DNA of 64,000 bases, taken from contig CM059432.1 of assembly GCA_030390025.1 (NCBI GenBank), positions 136,092,001-136,156,000 of the forward strand, in the 5' to 3' direction. Source of the DNA: Squalus acanthias. Its lineage: Eukaryota. The notes beneath the pieces were generated by a model. It saw nothing but the letters and a program-made list of their open reading frames with translations. It was not told the DNA's origin and did no database searches. Below, piece after piece: positions 61,439 to 64,000 of this stretch. The position numbers and the translations under genes were made by a program. Numbering within the stretch: position 1 is the stretch's first letter; the number at the start of each line of letters is the position of its first letter.

Positions 61439-61565
61439 GTTATACCTATCAGGAAAGATTGAACAGGCTGGGGTTCTTTTTTCTAGAAAAAAGAAGACTG
61501 AGGGGTGACCTGATAGAGGTCATTAAGATTATGAAAGGGTTTGGTAGGGTAGATGTAAAGAAGAT

Positions 61566-63149
61566 GGGGGAAAAATTCGTGTTCGCCAGCAAAGTTGCAG
61601 GCAACTGCAGTTAACGGCCGCTGGAAATGGCCGCAACGCTAAGCGAGTGAAATTGGTCTGGGGGGGCACGGAGATAGGTGGCGCTGCACTCACCTTCCGT
61701 GCAATGCTGTCCTGGTGGCGTTGCTGGAGGGATCCTGGGCAAAGTTCCTGTCCAGGTCCGGTGTTGAAGCTTCTCACAGCCTCTGTGAGTGAAGTTGTGG
61801 CGCTCGCAGGGAATTGTGGGCAATGAAGAGGTCTGATAATTAAAGGGGCCATGCACACTGAAGCAATACAAGAAAAAATGCAGTGAATCAATACATTTTT
61901 CAGCCCTTTCTGCCCTTTAAAAAATATGCAATATCTAAAAGAAGTTCCAAATGTGAATATTCAGCTGTTAAAGCTGAATTACCTTCCTTACCTCTACAAG
62001 TGGGAAAACTGCCTCAGCACTAACACAAATTGCTCAGCAAGCCAGGGAAGGGGCACTGAGGATCTCACATGCAGCACTCCAGCTTTGTGCAGAGGTCAAC
62101 ATTGCACCACTAGCCTCACACACTGCTCAGTGCATGACCCCCAATCACTCACTCACCAACAATCTGCACCAATGACAAGGCACATCTCCCATTCCTAGCC
62201 TCACCTCACCCCCTTGGAGGAGACGGTGCAGGCCATTCTTGGTTGAGCCCTTAGCCAGCGGCGGGGCTGAAAATATACAAGATGTTGGTATCCTCGTACG
62301 TTATCCTCCTTCTGGCATGCAGCTCTTGCTTTCCCGCCCTCTTGTCAGCACAACTCCACCCTTGTGCCTTCCTCATTTCACACACCCAAGAAATGCAGCC
62401 TGCCCAGTCAGTGGGTCAACAAGAGGCAGCCTGCCCAGCCAGTGGGACCACGGGCGGATGATTCCATCCCGGATATCCCGGCCACAAAGGGGCTGTCTGG
62501 GATGCATCATTCCATCTGATTCCTCCTCTTCTGCGTCTTCCTCTTCTGCGTCTTCCTCTTCCCTCTGCAAGCGGAAGCTGTAAATGTGAAATGACAGCAT
62601 CAAATGCTGGAAAGACTCAGTTGGTCAGGCAGCATGTCGACCTGAGACGTGAACTCTGTTTTTCTCTCCACGGATGTTGCGTGACCTGCTGAGTATTCGC
62701 AGCATGTTCTGTCTTCTCAAAGGCCTTCATTTACCATCCGAGCCCTTGCAAGCATCCAGCAGCACTCCCTACACACTTAAAAACTTTTCACATCTATTGC
62801 AGCAAGCCACCACTTCAATAAAATCAAAAAAAAACAGTCCAAACCCTTAAATTCAAACTTACCTGAATGATGTGTGTGTCCCTTTAAGAGCTGCAGACAT
62901 CGCCACTGTCAGCCTGCTTTCATGCCAGGTTAACTTAGCGTGCTTAGGATCCAGCGCTAGGGTTGAAGTTCGCGTTGGTGACGTTAAGTTGGCGTTGCAG
63001 GGCGCTGCCAGTTACCGCAGCGCAAAGGGGGAGAGCAATATGGCGGCTATCGCGGGACACGCCATCAGCTGGCGAAAGAGCGGCGGCCACCATTTTATCG
63101 GCATTTCATGGCGCTACGGAGTGGCGGTAAGTACATGAATTTCTAGCCC
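61566..63149. mobile_element. Internally deleted Harbinger transposon (same group as 35124 and 51869)
   Basis: Ends GGGGGAAAAATTC / GAATTTCTAGCCC; homologous Myb-side and acidic nuclease-tail segments; a degenerate Penelope family B remnant lies at ~62600-62712. Confidence 0.78.
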
Positions 63150-63237
63150 TTTGTTTCCACTTGTGGGGGAGACCGGATCTAGGGGCTATAAATATACGAT
63201 AGTAACTAATAAATTTAATAGGGAATTTTTAAAAAAG

Positions 63238-63780
63238 CCTTGCATTTATACAGCGCCTTTCACAACCACCAGACGTCCCAAAGCGCCTTACAGCCAATGA
63301 ACAACAACAACAACTTGTATTTATATAGCACCTTTAACGTAGTAAAACGTCCCAAGGCGCTTCACAGGATTATTAAAAGACAAAAAAATTTGAAGTACTT
63401 TTTGAAATGTAGTCACTTTTCTAATGTAAGAAACGCAGCAGCCAATTTGCACTCAGCAAGCTCCCAGTAATGTGATAATGACCAGATAATCTGTTTTAGT
63501 GATGTTGATTGAGGGATAAATATTGGCCAGGACACCAGGGACAACTCCCCTGCTCTTATTTGAAATAGTGCCATGGGATCTTTTACGTCCACCTGAGAGA
63601 GTAGACAGGGCCTCGGTTTAACGTCTCATCTGAAAGACAGCACCTCCGACAGTACAGCACTCCCTCAGCACTGCACTGGAGTGTCAGCCTAGATTTTTGT
63701 GCTTAAGTCTCTGGAGTGGGATTTGAACCCACAACCTTCTGATTCAGTTGGATGCTACCAACTGAGCCACTGGCTGACAC
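63238..63780 (-). mobile_element. SacSINE1-like SINE with a nested L2 tail (~63300-63390)
   Basis: SINE sequence CAGCCAATGA|AGTACTTTT is interrupted by an L2 3' tail; TGAA appears at both junctions. Confidence 0.85.
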
Positions 63781-64000
63781 TCAGGAGAAACTTCTTTACC
63801 AAAGAGTGGTAAGAATGTGGAACTCGCTACCACAAGGAATAGTTGACTAGCATAGATGCATTTAAGAGGAAGCTGGATAAACACATGAGGGAGAAAGGAT
63901 GTGTTGATGGGGTTAGATGAAAAAAGGTGGGAGGAGACTCGTGTGGAGCATAAACACCAGCATGGACCAATTGAGCCAAATGGCCTTTTTCTGTGCTGTA

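Larger units (their letters stand above)
61440..64000 (+). mobile_element. CR1 3' end in three pieces (61440-61565, 63150-63228, 63781-64000) split by Harbinger and SINE insertions
   Basis: YQERLNRLG...RRLRGDLIEVIKIMKG.GRVD | FPLVGETGSRG | RRNFFTKRVVRMWNSLPQ reads as one CR1. Confidence 0.8.

Noticed and set aside
62600..62712. Additional family B hammerhead
   Set aside because: CUGANGA box is missing and GAAAC is mutated to GAGAC; remnant only.
1..64000. CRISPR arrays, rRNA or prokaryotic operons
   Set aside because: No repeat-spacer arrays or gene-dense organisation; sequence is vertebrate repeat-rich DNA.

Overview
Eukaryotic, repeat-dense genomic DNA, almost certainly from a cartilaginous fish (shark-type CR1/HER1 tails, HE1-like and SacSINE1/Deu-type tRNA SINEs, L2, RTE, Penelope-like and Harbinger elements). 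I could not support any host protein-coding exon. Every recognisable ORF is a decayed transposon gene (CR1 endonuclease, L2 RT, RTE EN/RT, Penelope GIY-YIG, Harbinger Myb/SANT and nuclease tails). The window looks like a large intron or gene desert with AT-rich, repeat-free islands that may be conserved enhancers. Highlights: (1) eight minimal type I hammerhead ribozyme motifs (one partial) in two Penelope-like families, including 61-85 nt ribozyme-only insertions with TSDs; (2) a ~745-bp Harbinger-type MITE in five copies, built from hairpins that keep their pairing while their sequence changes, with promoter-like motifs and a cluster of consensus splice sites; (3) an RTE LINE with a perfect 80-bp target-site duplication; (4) a 1.3-kb solo LTR nested in an RTE; (5) a diverged ~240-bp duplication of non-repetitive AT-rich sequence. 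All calls were made by eye, and boundaries are approximate unless a TSD or TIR is quoted.
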